Shown here: positions 40,494 to 49,326 of the stretch, piece by piece
Layout: every line of letters begins with the position of its first letter
How positions within the stretch are numbered: position 1 is the stretch's first letter
Origin: an uncultured beta proteobacterium
GTDB taxonomy: Bacteria; Pseudomonadota; Gammaproteobacteria; Burkholderiales; Burkholderiaceae_C
Reading direction: 5' to 3'
NCBI GenBank assembly: GCA_903861575.1
Contig: CAIOUR010000022.1
Span: 1-49,404 of the forward strand
Length of the DNA: 49,404 bases
The notes under the pieces: model-generated
Told to the model about the DNA's origin: nothing
Database searches by the model: none
Seen by the model: only the letters and a program-made list of their open reading frames with translations
Made by a program: the position numbers and the translations under genes

Positions 40494-40784
40494 ATGTGCG
40501 GTGTCTGCGGAACCTTGGGCGGCGAGGAACACTGGAGCACCGCCAGTGGCCGCTTGGCGCTGGACGACGCGCCAACCCGGCGCGCCGAACGGGCACGACG
40601 CATCCGCATCGTCAATGAAGTCGTGCGCGGCTTGCAGGTGCGGGTAAGCGACTGGCAGGGCACTTACTACCTGGTCGTGGGGCCTACGGGCAAGCAGCAG
40701 GTGGTGGATAGCCTTCCGCACGTCTGGGCGGCCTTGCAAGACGTGGCCGGGCGCAGCGTGGACCCGCTGCTGGCAACGGCCTGA
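40494..40784 (+). CDS. Small hypothetical protein with N-terminal MCGxCG motif
   Basis: MCGVCGTLGGEEHWS...SDWQG...VDPL; fills the gap between the deacetylase and the COG0523 gene. Confidence 0.75.
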   Translation: MCGVCGTLGGEEHWSTASGRLALDDAPTRRAERARRIRIVNEVVRGLQVRVSDWQGTYYLVVGPTGKQQVVDSLPHVWAALQDVAGRSVDPLLATA

Positions 40785-40797
40785 GCGAGGGCCCACT

Positions 40798-41841
40798 ATG
40801 GCCACCGCAGCGGCGCGCATTCCAGCGCACGTACTCACGGGCTTTTTGGGGTCGGGCAAAACCACGCTGCTCAACCGCTTGCTGCAAGACCCCGCGTTGG
40901 GCGATTGCGCGGTGCTCATCAACGAGTTCGGGGCAGTGGGGGTGGACCACCACCTGGTGGACCGGGTCGAAGGCGATATGGTGTTGCTGGCCTCAGGTTG
41001 CATTTGCTGCACAGTGCGCGGCGACTTGGCTGAGGCGCTGCGCGCCTTGTACGCGCGGCGCGAGGCCGGAACTATCCCCGCCTTCGCGCGCGTGGTGATT
41101 GAAACCACCGGTCTGGCTGATCCGGTGCCGGTTCTGGCCACGCTGATGTTCGACCGCATATTGCAAAACCACTTTGCGGTGGGCAGCGTGGTGACAACGA
41201 TTGATGCGCTCAACGGTGCGGCCAACTTACAAGAATTTGCGGTTTGCCGCAAACAAGCGACCAGCGCAGACCTGCTGGTGCTGACCAAACTGGACCTGGC
41301 CGATGCACAAGCCGGGCCGCGCTTGCACCATGAACTGCAAGCACTCAACCCGGCGGCCCGGGTGCTGCGTGCTGATGCTGCGGACAGCTTGGCGACCCTG
41401 CTGCTGACCGGCACGGACCCCCAAACGCAAGCACCGGGCATGGCGTTAGCCCGCAGGGCCGCAGGCAGCTTGCGCAGCAACTTCTTCACACCGGGCGCCC
41501 GCACCGATGTGGATGCAAGACCGCCGCCAAACCATGGCGATATCCATTCCTTTGTGCTGCAGATACCGCAGGCCATGGACTGGACGGTGTTCGGCATTTG
41601 GCTGTCGCTGCTGCTGCATGCCCACGGGGAGCGGGTGCTGCGGGTCAAAGGGTTGCTACAGGTGCAAGGTGCGCACACACCGGTCGTGGTGCATGGGGTG
41701 CAGCAACTGGTCTATCCGCCCACGCATCTGGCGCGCTGGCCCGATGGTCCGCGCCAATCGGAGTTGGTGTTCATCGTGCGCGGCTTGAACCAGGCGGCGA
41801 TAGAGGAGTCTCTGAAAAGCTACATCCAGCGTTTTACCTAA
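40798..41841 (+). CDS. COG0523/CobW-family P-loop GTPase metallochaperone
   Basis: TGFLGSGKTT, INEFG, GCICC, IETTGLADP, LTKLD, LRVKG. Confidence 0.94.
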   Translation: MATAAARIPAHVLTGFLGSGKTTLLNRLLQDPALGDCAVLINEFGAVGVDHHLVDRVEGDMVLLASGCICCTVRGDLAEALRALYARREAGTIPAFARVVIETTGLADPVPVLATLMFDRILQNHFAVGSVVTTIDALNGAANLQEFAVCRKQATSADLLVLTKLDLADAQAGPRLHHELQALNPAARVLRADAADSLATLLLTGTDPQTQAPGMALARRAAGSLRSNFFTPGARTDVDARPPPNHGDIHSFVLQIPQAMDWTVFGIWLSLLLHAHGERVLRVKGLLQVQGAHTPVVVHGVQQLVYPPTHLARWPDGPRQSELVFIVRGLNQAAIEESLKSYIQRFT

Positions 41842-41848
41842 GCGAACG

Positions 41849-41974
41849 CGCACTGCAGTGGCGCATGTTGCGCACCAAAAAAAGGAATTGAACATGTATT
41901 TGGTGCGGACTCTGCGCGTTTAGTTCACGCTGCTGCGCCGTATTGCTCACAAAAGGGGGTGGCACGCGGATTGC
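41849..41974 (+). promoter_or_regulatory. Sigma54 (-24/-12) promoter with upstream NtrC-like site
   Basis: TGGCACG-CGGA-TTGC at 41960-41974 matches the consensus. CGCAC-N7-GCGCA at 41849-41865, plus half-sites CGCACC and TGGTGCG. Confidence 0.8.
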
Positions 41975-41988
41975 CTTAAGAGTCCCCT

Positions 41989-43032
41989 ATGTCTGTCACA
42001 ACTGAATCGCAGGGCGCATCCATCGAGGTGGTGGGTTTGAGCAAATTGTTCGACGCGGGCAAACCTGCGGTGGACAACATCAACTTGCGGATTGCCAAGG
42101 GCAGCTACTGCTGTTTGCTGGGCCCGTCGGGTTGCGGCAAGAGCACCACCTTGCGCATGATTGCCGGTCATGAGTCGGTGAGCAGCGGCGACGTGTTGCT
42201 GGACAACCGCAACATCACCGATCTGCCAGCAGCCGACCGCGGCACCGCGATGATGTTCCAGAGTTTTGCGCTGTTCCCGCACTTAAGCGCCCTGGACAAC
42301 GTGGCCTTCAGCCTGAAGATGAAAGGTGTTACCAAACCGGAGCGCCATGCGCGTGCACAAGCGCTGCTGGATCGGGTTGCTATGGGCCATCTGGCGCAGC
42401 GCAAACCGGGCGAACTGTCGGGCGGACAGCAGCAGCGTGTGGCGCTGGCGCGGGCGCTGATCACGCAGCCCAAAGCCTTGTTGCTCGATGAACCACTCTC
42501 TGCGCTGGATCCGTTTTTGCGCATTCAAATGCGCGCCGAACTGCGGCGCTGGCAGAAAGAGCTGGGCTTGACCTTTATCCACGTTACCCACTCGCAAGAA
42601 GAGGCCATGGCGCTGGCTGACACCATGGTGGTAATGAACCATGGCGTGATCGAGCAAGCTGGTTCACCCCACCAGATTTACAACTACCCGAAAAACGAAT
42701 TTGTCGCGCGCTTCATGGGCGGCCACAACGTCATTGACACGCCGCAGGGACTTATTGGCGTGCGCACCGACCGCATCCGGGTTCACAACCCAGCGCCTGA
42801 TGCATCGCTGGATGCCCAACACAGCCTGCGCGCCGTGGTCAGCGATGTGGAATACCAGGGCAGCTATGTGCTGCTGGGCTTGCACGTGCACGGTGCGGTT
42901 CGCGATGCCCACGCCACCGCCGATCTGTCGGTGATGTTGCCCGAAGCCGATTTCGCCGCCCAGCCCCGCACGCTGGGCGATACCGTGGACTTGCATTGGG
43001 CGGCGCAAGACGTCCATGCGCTAGCCACCTGA
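41989..43032 (+). CDS. ABC transporter ATP-binding protein (PotA-like)
   Basis: GPSGCGKST, LSGGQQQRVALAR, LLLDEP, HVTH. Confidence 0.95.
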   Translation: MSVTTESQGASIEVVGLSKLFDAGKPAVDNINLRIAKGSYCCLLGPSGCGKSTTLRMIAGHESVSSGDVLLDNRNITDLPAADRGTAMMFQSFALFPHLSALDNVAFSLKMKGVTKPERHARAQALLDRVAMGHLAQRKPGELSGGQQQRVALARALITQPKALLLDEPLSALDPFLRIQMRAELRRWQKELGLTFIHVTHSQEEAMALADTMVVMNHGVIEQAGSPHQIYNYPKNEFVARFMGGHNVIDTPQGLIGVRTDRIRVHNPAPDASLDAQHSLRAVVSDVEYQGSYVLLGLHVHGAVRDAHATADLSVMLPEADFAAQPRTLGDTVDLHWAAQDVHALAT

Positions 43033-43091
43033 TTGCTGTTTTTCTCGTCCCTTCATAAGAAGTTTTTTCCACCACCCTAGGAGTTCTCCGC

Positions 43092-44375
43092 ATGTCAGAT
43101 GTATCAAAAGACCCCGTTGTTTCCGCCGCCGTTCAGCGCCGCGCCATGCTCAAGGGCACGGCCGGTATCCTGGCTGCGGGCATGTTTCCCGCCGTCCATT
43201 CCGCTGACCCCATCGTGTTGCGCTACCTGGGAACTGCGGTCAACCAGGACAAAGAAATCGCCGATAAGTTCGAAAAAGACGTCGGCGGCAAGATCAAGAT
43301 CCAATACGTAGCCGTCACCACTGACGATGTGATGAAGCGCGCCATTACCGCGCCCAACAGCTTTGACCTGCTGGACTCCGAGTACTTCCAGCTGGGCAAA
43401 CTGGTACCCACCGGCAACCTCAAAGGCATTGACACCAAGCGCATCAAAAACGCCGACAAAATCACCTCGGTATTCACCACCGGCAAGGTTGGCGGCAAAA
43501 CCATCGGCGACCAAGGTACTGCGCCGAAGAAAGTGATCTTCCTGGAAGGCGAAAAGTCCAAAACCTTTGCCAAGAGCCCGACACAGTACATGTCGCTGAT
43601 CCCCACCACTTACAACGCCGACACCCTGGGCATTCGCCCCGACCTGATCAAGCGCCCCATCAATAGCTGGGCCGAGCTGCTCAACCCGGAGTTCAAGGGC
43701 AAAGCGTCGATCTTGAACATTCCATCGATCGGCATCATGGACGCAGCGATGGTGGTCGAAGCCATGGGTATCTACAAGTACCCTGACAAGGGCAATATGA
43801 CCAAGAAGGAAATTGACCTGACGATCAAAACCCTGATCGAGGCAAAGAAACAAGGTCAGTTCCGCAGCCTGTGGAAGGACTTCAACGAGTCCGTCAACCT
43901 GATGGCTTCCGGCGAAGTGGTGATTCAGTCGATGTGGAGCCCGGCCGTTACGGCCGTGCGCACCAAAGGTATCGCCTGCACCTTCCAGCCGCTTAAAGAA
44001 GGTTATCGCTCATGGGCTTCGGGCTTTGGCCTGCCCTCAACCTTGTCGGGCGCAAAGCTGGACGGCGCGTACGAGTTCATCAACTGGTTTCTGGACGGCT
44101 GGGCTGGCGCCTACCTGAACCGCCAAGGCTATTACAGCGCAGTGCTGGAGACTGCCAAGGCCAAGATGGAAGCCTACGAATGGGCTTACTGGATGGAAGG
44201 CAAAGTCGCCACGCAAGACATCAAGAGCCCGCACGGCGATTTGCTGGCGAAAGCCGGTGAGACCCGCGACGGAGGCAGCTACGAGCAGCGCATGGGTTCT
44301 GTTGCCTGCTGGAACGCGTTGATGGACGAGAACACCTACATGGTGGAGAAGTGGAACGAGTTCGTGGCAGCGTGA
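43092..44375 (+). CDS. ABC substrate-binding protein (PotD/PotF-like), Tat-type signal
   Basis: QRRAMLKG twin-arginine leader; SWAELLNPEFKGK, AYEFINW; operon context. Confidence 0.9.
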   Translation: MSDVSKDPVVSAAVQRRAMLKGTAGILAAGMFPAVHSADPIVLRYLGTAVNQDKEIADKFEKDVGGKIKIQYVAVTTDDVMKRAITAPNSFDLLDSEYFQLGKLVPTGNLKGIDTKRIKNADKITSVFTTGKVGGKTIGDQGTAPKKVIFLEGEKSKTFAKSPTQYMSLIPTTYNADTLGIRPDLIKRPINSWAELLNPEFKGKASILNIPSIGIMDAAMVVEAMGIYKYPDKGNMTKKEIDLTIKTLIEAKKQGQFRSLWKDFNESVNLMASGEVVIQSMWSPAVTAVRTKGIACTFQPLKEGYRSWASGFGLPSTLSGAKLDGAYEFINWFLDGWAGAYLNRQGYYSAVLETAKAKMEAYEWAYWMEGKVATQDIKSPHGDLLAKAGETRDGGSYEQRMGSVACWNALMDENTYMVEKWNEFVAA

Positions 44376-44379
44376 GCCT

Positions 44380-44527
44380 GGAACACCCCCGTTGACGCTC
44401 ACTTCGTGTAGCGTCTTCCCCCTTGCAGGGGGCAACCGCAGCGGCCCGGCAAAGCCGGTTCCGCGCGGTTCCTGAAAGGGGACTTCGCTTTGCTTGTCCT
44501 CTGGTGATTTGGCGAGCAAAGCGAAGT
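44380..44527. repeat. Multi-hairpin extragenic palindromic element
   Basis: Three hairpins (GACGCT/AGCGTC, CCCCCT/AGGGGG, CCGGC/GCCGG) enclosed by GGAAC/GTTCC, then a 13-bp perfect stem ACTTCGCTTTGCT/AGCAAAGCGAAGT. Confidence 0.65.
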
Positions 44528-44593
44528 TGGTTTACTCCTATTTTCTTGGTCTTTTTTATTTTATTCAGCATCTTCTGATTTCACGTTTTGCAC

Positions 44594-45505
44594 ATGAACG
44601 TCTCCCGCGCTGCTTCACCTTCGGCTATGCCAGCCTTCGGGCAGGGCTTGTCTGCGTGGTGGCAGGCTGCACCGCTGACTGCGGTGTTTGTGGTGTTCTT
44701 TGTGGTGCCTTTGCTGCTGATTCTGATGGTCAGCTTTTGGAATTTCAATGACTATGAGTTGATTCCGGATTTCACGTTCAAAAGCTATATCTCGGTTTTC
44801 AAAGGATGCAGCAACACGCAGGAGTTGTGCGTAACGTTCCGCACGTATTTATCGACTTTTAAATTTTCCTTGCTGGTGTGGCTGATCACGCTGGTGGTCG
44901 GTTTTACGGTGGCCTACTTTTTAGCCTTTCATGTGCGCACAGGCAGTATGCAAACGGTACTTTTTGTGGTGTGCACTATTCCGTTTTGGACATCCAACGT
45001 CATTCGCATGATTGCCTGGGTGCCACTGCTGGGTCGCAACGGTCTGGTGAACCAGGGCTTGCTGTCCACGGGGCTGATCTCGCAGCCGTTGGAGTGGATG
45101 CTGTTCTCCGATTTTTCAGTGGTGCTGGCTTTTGTGCATCTGTTCGCCACATTCATGATCGTGCCGATTTTCAACTCCATGATGCGCATTGACCGTAGCC
45201 TGTTGGAAGCAGCGGCTGACGCAGGTGCGAGCGGTTGGCAGACGCTGTGGAATGTGATCGTGCCGCTGTCGCGCACCGGCATCATCATCGGGTCCATTTT
45301 TGTGATCACCATTGTCATGGGTGACTTTGTGACCGTGGGCGTCATGGGCGGACAACAAATTGCCTCGGTAGGCAAGATCATCCAGGTACAAACCTCTTAC
45401 CTGCAATTTACCCTGGCCGCAGCCAACGCTGTGATTTTGCTGGGGCTGGTACTGATGATCATCTGGGCCTTAACCCGCCTGGTCGATATTCGGCGGGAGC
45501 TATGA
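44594..45505 (+). CDS. ABC transporter permease (PotB-like)
   Basis: IPFWTSNVIR; EAA loop LLEAAADAGASGWQTLWNVIVPL. Confidence 0.93.
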   Translation: MNVSRAASPSAMPAFGQGLSAWWQAAPLTAVFVVFFVVPLLLILMVSFWNFNDYELIPDFTFKSYISVFKGCSNTQELCVTFRTYLSTFKFSLLVWLITLVVGFTVAYFLAFHVRTGSMQTVLFVVCTIPFWTSNVIRMIAWVPLLGRNGLVNQGLLSTGLISQPLEWMLFSDFSVVLAFVHLFATFMIVPIFNSMMRIDRSLLEAAADAGASGWQTLWNVIVPLSRTGIIIGSIFVITIVMGDFVTVGVMGGQQIASVGKIIQVQTSYLQFTLAAANAVILLGLVLMIIWALTRLVDIRREL

Positions 45506-46392
45506 GCATGAACACAGCGAAGCGCTCACTGGAGTTCCGATTGCTGGCCGCGTTCTTCGCGGCCTACGTGCTGTTTTTGTATGGCCCGATGCTGGTTATC
45601 GTGATCCTGAGTTTTCAGGGGCCAGAGGGCGGTTTGACTTTTCCTCTGCGTGGGGTGTCCACGCACTGGTTCCATAAGCTGGCGCAAGGCCTGGGCTCGG
45701 TGGACATTGGTGCGGCGCTCAAGCGCTCCTTGACCGTCGGCCTGATCGTGATGGCCTTCACCGTGGTCTTGTCGGTGTTGGCCGGTCTGGCTTTTCGCAA
45801 AAAATTGGCGGGTGGCAACACCTTGTTTTTTGTGGTGGTGGCCAGCTTGATCATGCCGTCCATCATTGTGTCGCTGGGCATCGGGCTGGAGTTCAGGCTG
45901 CTGGATGGCGTAATTAAAAGTGCGTTCACCTGGCTGGGTTGGGAAGAGGCTTTGGCAGAATTCGGCACCGCCATGGGCTTGTATACATCGGCCCTGGGCG
46001 CGCACCTGAGCTGGACCTTGCCCTTTGGTTTGCTGATCATGTTTGCGGTCTTCAACCGCTTTAATCCTGCCTATGAAGAAGCCGCACGCGATTTAGGGGC
46101 CACGCCCTGGCAGACCTTTGTCCATGTGGTGCTGCCACTGATTGCACCCTCCTTAGTGGGCATAGGCATGTTCGGATTCACTTTGAGCTGGGACGAAATT
46201 GCCCGCACCTCACAAGCCATTGGCGATGTGAATACCTTACCGCTGGAATTGCAAGGGCTGACGACGACGGTTACAACGCCAGCGATTTATGCGCTTGGCA
46301 CAGTCACGATGGTGGTGTCGTTTTGTGTGATTGGTTTGGCATTGGCCCTGTCAAGGCTGTTGGCGCGCCGCCAAGTGCAGGCCCGGATATGA
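45502..46392 (+). CDS. ABC transporter permease (PotC-like)
   Basis: FLYGPML; EAA loop YEEAARDLGATPWQTFVHVVLP; FTLSWDE. Confidence 0.93.
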   Translation: MSMNTAKRSLEFRLLAAFFAAYVLFLYGPMLVIVILSFQGPEGGLTFPLRGVSTHWFHKLAQGLGSVDIGAALKRSLTVGLIVMAFTVVLSVLAGLAFRKKLAGGNTLFFVVVASLIMPSIIVSLGIGLEFRLLDGVIKSAFTWLGWEEALAEFGTAMGLYTSALGAHLSWTLPFGLLIMFAVFNRFNPAYEEAARDLGATPWQTFVHVVLPLIAPSLVGIGMFGFTLSWDEIARTSQAIGDVNTLPLELQGLTTTVTTPAIYALGTVTMVVSFCVIGLALALSRLLARRQVQARI

Positions 46393-46532
46393 GGATAGAT
46401 CCCAGGGCCATCGTCGCGGATTTTTCGGGGATTGTGATGATCCCGGACCCCGAAGGCGCACGGGCGTTCATGGCGCCCGATGTTCAGATCCGCTTTACCG
46501 GCGGGCGCGTGATGAACGACGTTGCCGAATAA
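46389..46532 (+). pseudogene. Truncated SnoaL/NTF2-like gene fragment
   Basis: ATGA-coupled to the permease. MRIDPRAIVADF...MIPDPEGARAFMAPDVQIRFTGGR resembles a SnoaL N-terminus but stops after 47 aa, next to the infA stop. Confidence 0.6.
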
Positions 46533-46535
46533 GGT

Positions 46536-46790
46536 TTACGGACTGCGACGCGGTGTCATAGGGCCGCGTCCTTCGATGTGGCGGAAATTGATACGCCCTT
46601 TGGACAAATCGTAGGGCGACAGCTCCAAGGAGACGCGATCACCCGCCAAAATGCGAATATGGTTTTTACGCATTTTTCCAGCGGAATAAGCAATGAGCTG
46701 ATGTCCATTGTCAAGTGTGACGCGAAAACGGGTATCCGGTAAAACCTCGTTGACTACGCCCATCATCTCAATTAACTCTTCTTTTGCCAT
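46536..46790 (-). CDS. infA: Translation initiation factor IF-1 (stand-alone copy)
   Basis: MAKEELIEM...[33 protein letters not shown]. Confidence 0.96.
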   Translation of the reverse strand: MAKEELIEMMGVVNEVLPDTRFRVTLDNGHQLIAYSAGKMRKNHIRILAGDRVSLELSPYDLSKGRINFRHIEGRGPMTPRRSP

Positions 46791-46935
46791 TCAAGCTTCC
46801 TGAAAAAATAACCCTGAACTATATCACGACGTTCTGAGGTTAAAATGGAATAAAAAATCGCCGGAAGCTTTATTTTAGATGTCCAGTTGCTGTTTATTAA
46901 TTTTTACTGGCATTACCTGCCTCAATACAAAGTAA

Positions 46936-47409
46936 ATGAGCATAGAAATGACCCTCGATAAGTTCGACAAGCATATTTTGGAAGTATTGCAAAACGAGGG
47001 GCGAATCAACAACCAAGACCTTGCTGACCGCATTGGTTTGTCTGCGTCACCGTGCCTGCGACGTGTTCGGGCACTGGAAGATTCTGGGCTGATCACGGGG
47101 TACCGTGCGCTTTTGGACGCGCGCAGACTGGGCTTGTCACTGATGGCGCTGACATATATCTCTATGGACGTGCACACGCCCGAGCGCTTTGCTCATTTTG
47201 AAGGGTCTGTCGCGGTGTTACCCGAGGTGCTGGAATGCTTGCTGATCACCGGACAAGACGCTGACTACCAGCTTAAAGTTATCGTCCGCGACATGGACCA
47301 TTACCAAGACTTGCTGCTTAACAAAATCACCCGTATCGAAGGAGTGACGGGCGTACATTCGAGTTTCGTGATGCGCCGCGTCATCGACAAAACCTGTTTG
47401 CCCGTTTAA
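46936..47409 (+). CDS. Lrp/AsnC-family regulator
   Basis: LDKFDKHILEVLQNEGRI...GLSASPCLRRVRALE HTH plus RAM domain. Confidence 0.95.
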   Translation: MSIEMTLDKFDKHILEVLQNEGRINNQDLADRIGLSASPCLRRVRALEDSGLITGYRALLDARRLGLSLMALTYISMDVHTPERFAHFEGSVAVLPEVLECLLITGQDADYQLKVIVRDMDHYQDLLLNKITRIEGVTGVHSSFVMRRVIDKTCLPV

Positions 47410-47442
47410 GTCAGCTTCGCAAGTACGCCCATAGGGCGTGAC

Positions 47443-47706
47443 TTAACGCGCGTCTGGTAGCTCGATCTTGACTTCGAGTACTTCCAGGTTGTCGTGGCGA
47501 TCCAGATTGACTTTGATATCTTTGATATCAATTTTGATGTACTTGCTGATTACAGCAATGAGGTCGCGCTGGAGGTCCTGCAAATAGTCGGGCTCAACGG
47601 CATTACGGCCACTACGCTCGTGTGCAAGAATCAACTGCAGCCGCTCTTTGGCAACGCTTGCAGTTTGTTTCTTTTCTCCCAACAGAAAAGACAGAAATGA
47701 CTTCAT
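47443..47706 (-). CDS. minE: Cell division topological specificity factor
   Basis: [17 protein letters not shown]...LIAVISKY. Confidence 0.97.
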   Translation of the reverse strand: MKSFLSFLLGEKKQTASVAKERLQLILAHERSGRNAVEPDYLQDLQRDLIAVISKYIKIDIKDIKVNLDRHDNLEVLEVKIELPDAR

Positions 47707-48522
47707 TTATTTTCCACCAAACAGTCGTTTGATAAAACCCTGCTTCGGGGCCTCTGTGAAACGCATTGGCACATCCTGCCCCAAGAAGCGGGTGATCACG
47801 TCCTTATAGGCCTCCGCAACGTTGCTGTTTTCAACATGCACGACTGGGATACCTTGGTTAGATGCTTGTAGAACAGCTTCGCTCTCGGGAATAACACCAA
47901 TCAACTTAATCCGCAAAATATCTTGGATATCTTCCAGAGATAGCATCTGCCCCAAGTCCACGCGCGCAGGGTTGTAGCGGGTGATTAGCAGGTGTTCTTT
48001 GATTGGCTCACGCCCCTCGATTGCCCGCTTGGTCTTACTGGCTAGCATTCCCAAAATACGGTCTGAATCGCGCACAGATGACACTTCTGGGTTCGTAACT
48101 ACCAAAGCTTCATCTGCGAAGTGCATGGCCATGAGGGCACCAGTTTCAATTCCTGCAGGTGAGTCACACACGATGTATTCAAAGCCCATATCGGCCAAGT
48201 CATTCAAGACTTTTTCTACCCCGTCTTGGTGCAAGGCATCTTTGTCGCGTGTTTGTGATGCTGCAAGAACAAACAAGTTGTCGCATTGCTTGTCTTTGAT
48301 CAGCGCCTGGTGCAAATTTGCCTCACCTTGAATCACGTTGATGAGGTCGTATACCACGCGCCTCTCGCAGCCCATAATCAGGTCTAAGTTACGCAGACCA
48401 ACATCAAAATCAATCACAACGGTTTTGTGTCCGCGCAGTGCCAAACCCGACGAAAAGCTGGCGCTGGTGGTGGTTTTTCCCACACCGCCTTTTCCTGAAG
48501 TTACAACGATAATTTTTGTCAT
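47707..48522 (-). CDS. minD: Septum site-determining ATPase
   Basis: TSGKGGVGKTT, DFDVGLRNLD, amphipathic tail GFIKRLFGG. Confidence 0.98.
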   Translation of the reverse strand: MTKIIVVTSGKGGVGKTTTSASFSSGLALRGHKTVVIDFDVGLRNLDLIMGCERRVVYDLINVIQGEANLHQALIKDKQCDNLFVLAASQTRDKDALHQDGVEKVLNDLADMGFEYIVCDSPAGIETGALMAMHFADEALVVTNPEVSSVRDSDRILGMLASKTKRAIEGREPIKEHLLITRYNPARVDLGQMLSLEDIQDILRIKLIGVIPESEAVLQASNQGIPVVHVENSNVAEAYKDVITRFLGQDVPMRFTEAPKQGFIKRLFGGK

Positions 48523-48549
48523 GGATCTCGATTGGTTAAATGGATAGGT

Positions 48550-49326
48550 TCAGGGCATTAACGGTTCTATTAACAATTTTTCCTGGTTGTCATCGCTCAA
48601 GCGAATTTGTGTCGGGCGACCCAATACATCACTGGTAAAAGGTTTTTCAGCAGTCCGATAGATTCCGGCTACGGAAACCAATTCAGCCTCCATAGCGAGG
48701 GCAAAAATACGTGCTTTGGTGTTTCCTTTTGCACCCGCCATGGCTTTGCCTCGCAACGCAGCGTATACATGGATGTTGCCATCCGCTACCACTTCAGCAC
48801 CACGATTCACCATAGACAAAATGATCAAATCTCCGCCTTTGGCATAGATTTTCTGTCCTGAACGAATAGGCTTATCAATCACCATCGTATGAACTGGAAC
48901 AGATGTAGCGGGGACTTCCTTCGGTGCAGATGCTGGTGTCACAACCTGTGAATTGGACGCTTGTACAGGTACATAAATTTCATGTGCCTCAACCAATCCC
49001 AAACGCCGTGCTTCAAGTAAACACTTTGGCGATGCATTGCGAACCGCTACAGGCATCAATTTACATTGCCGTAAAACATCGAGTAAGCGCGACAAATCCA
49101 AAGACGCACTATCCGACGTCAGATGCCCGTAATCCAGAACCAAAGCGTCATCATTGAAAAAATCGGGACTGTTGCTTGATGACCCAAATTGGGATAGCAA
49201 CTGCTGCTCTAGTACTTGTAGGTCAACGGTCTTCAGTACCAAAGCAACCAGTGGCAAATCCGCGCTTTTGATCTCGAAAGCCATGGGCTTTGGATTGTGA
49301 TTTTTTGCGGTTGAAGCGGTGGCCAT
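48550..49326 (-). CDS. minC: Septum site-determining protein
   Basis: FEIKSA; IRSGQKIYA, GAEVVADGNIHVY, LRGKAMAGA beta-helix. Confidence 0.96.
   Translation of the reverse strand: MATASTAKNHNPKPMAFEIKSADLPLVALVLKTVDLQVLEQQLLSQFGSSSNSPDFFNDDALVLDYGHLTSDSASLDLSRLLDVLRQCKLMPVAVRNASPKCLLEARRLGLVEAHEIYVPVQASNSQVVTPASAPKEVPATSVPVHTMVIDKPIRSGQKIYAKGGDLIILSMVNRGAEVVADGNIHVYAALRGKAMAGAKGNTKARIFALAMEAELVSVAGIYRTAEKPFTSDVLGRPTQIRLSDDNQEKLLIEPLMP

Noticed and set aside
39687-41678. 663-aa minus-strand ORF, and similar long ORFs such as 35042-36271, 35860-37074, 27173-28153 and 3831-4811
   Set aside because: Antisense shadows of well-supported genes in GC-rich DNA, with no recognisable motifs.
40798-41841. 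COG0523 protein as the nitrile hydratase activator
   Set aside because: COG0523 activators are known for Fe-type NHases. This NHase is Co-type, has its own P14K-like gene and lies about 34 kb away.
44380-44472. tRNA-like cloverleaf
   Set aside because: No TTCRA T-loop, D-loop GG or CCA end; treated as a palindromic repeat.
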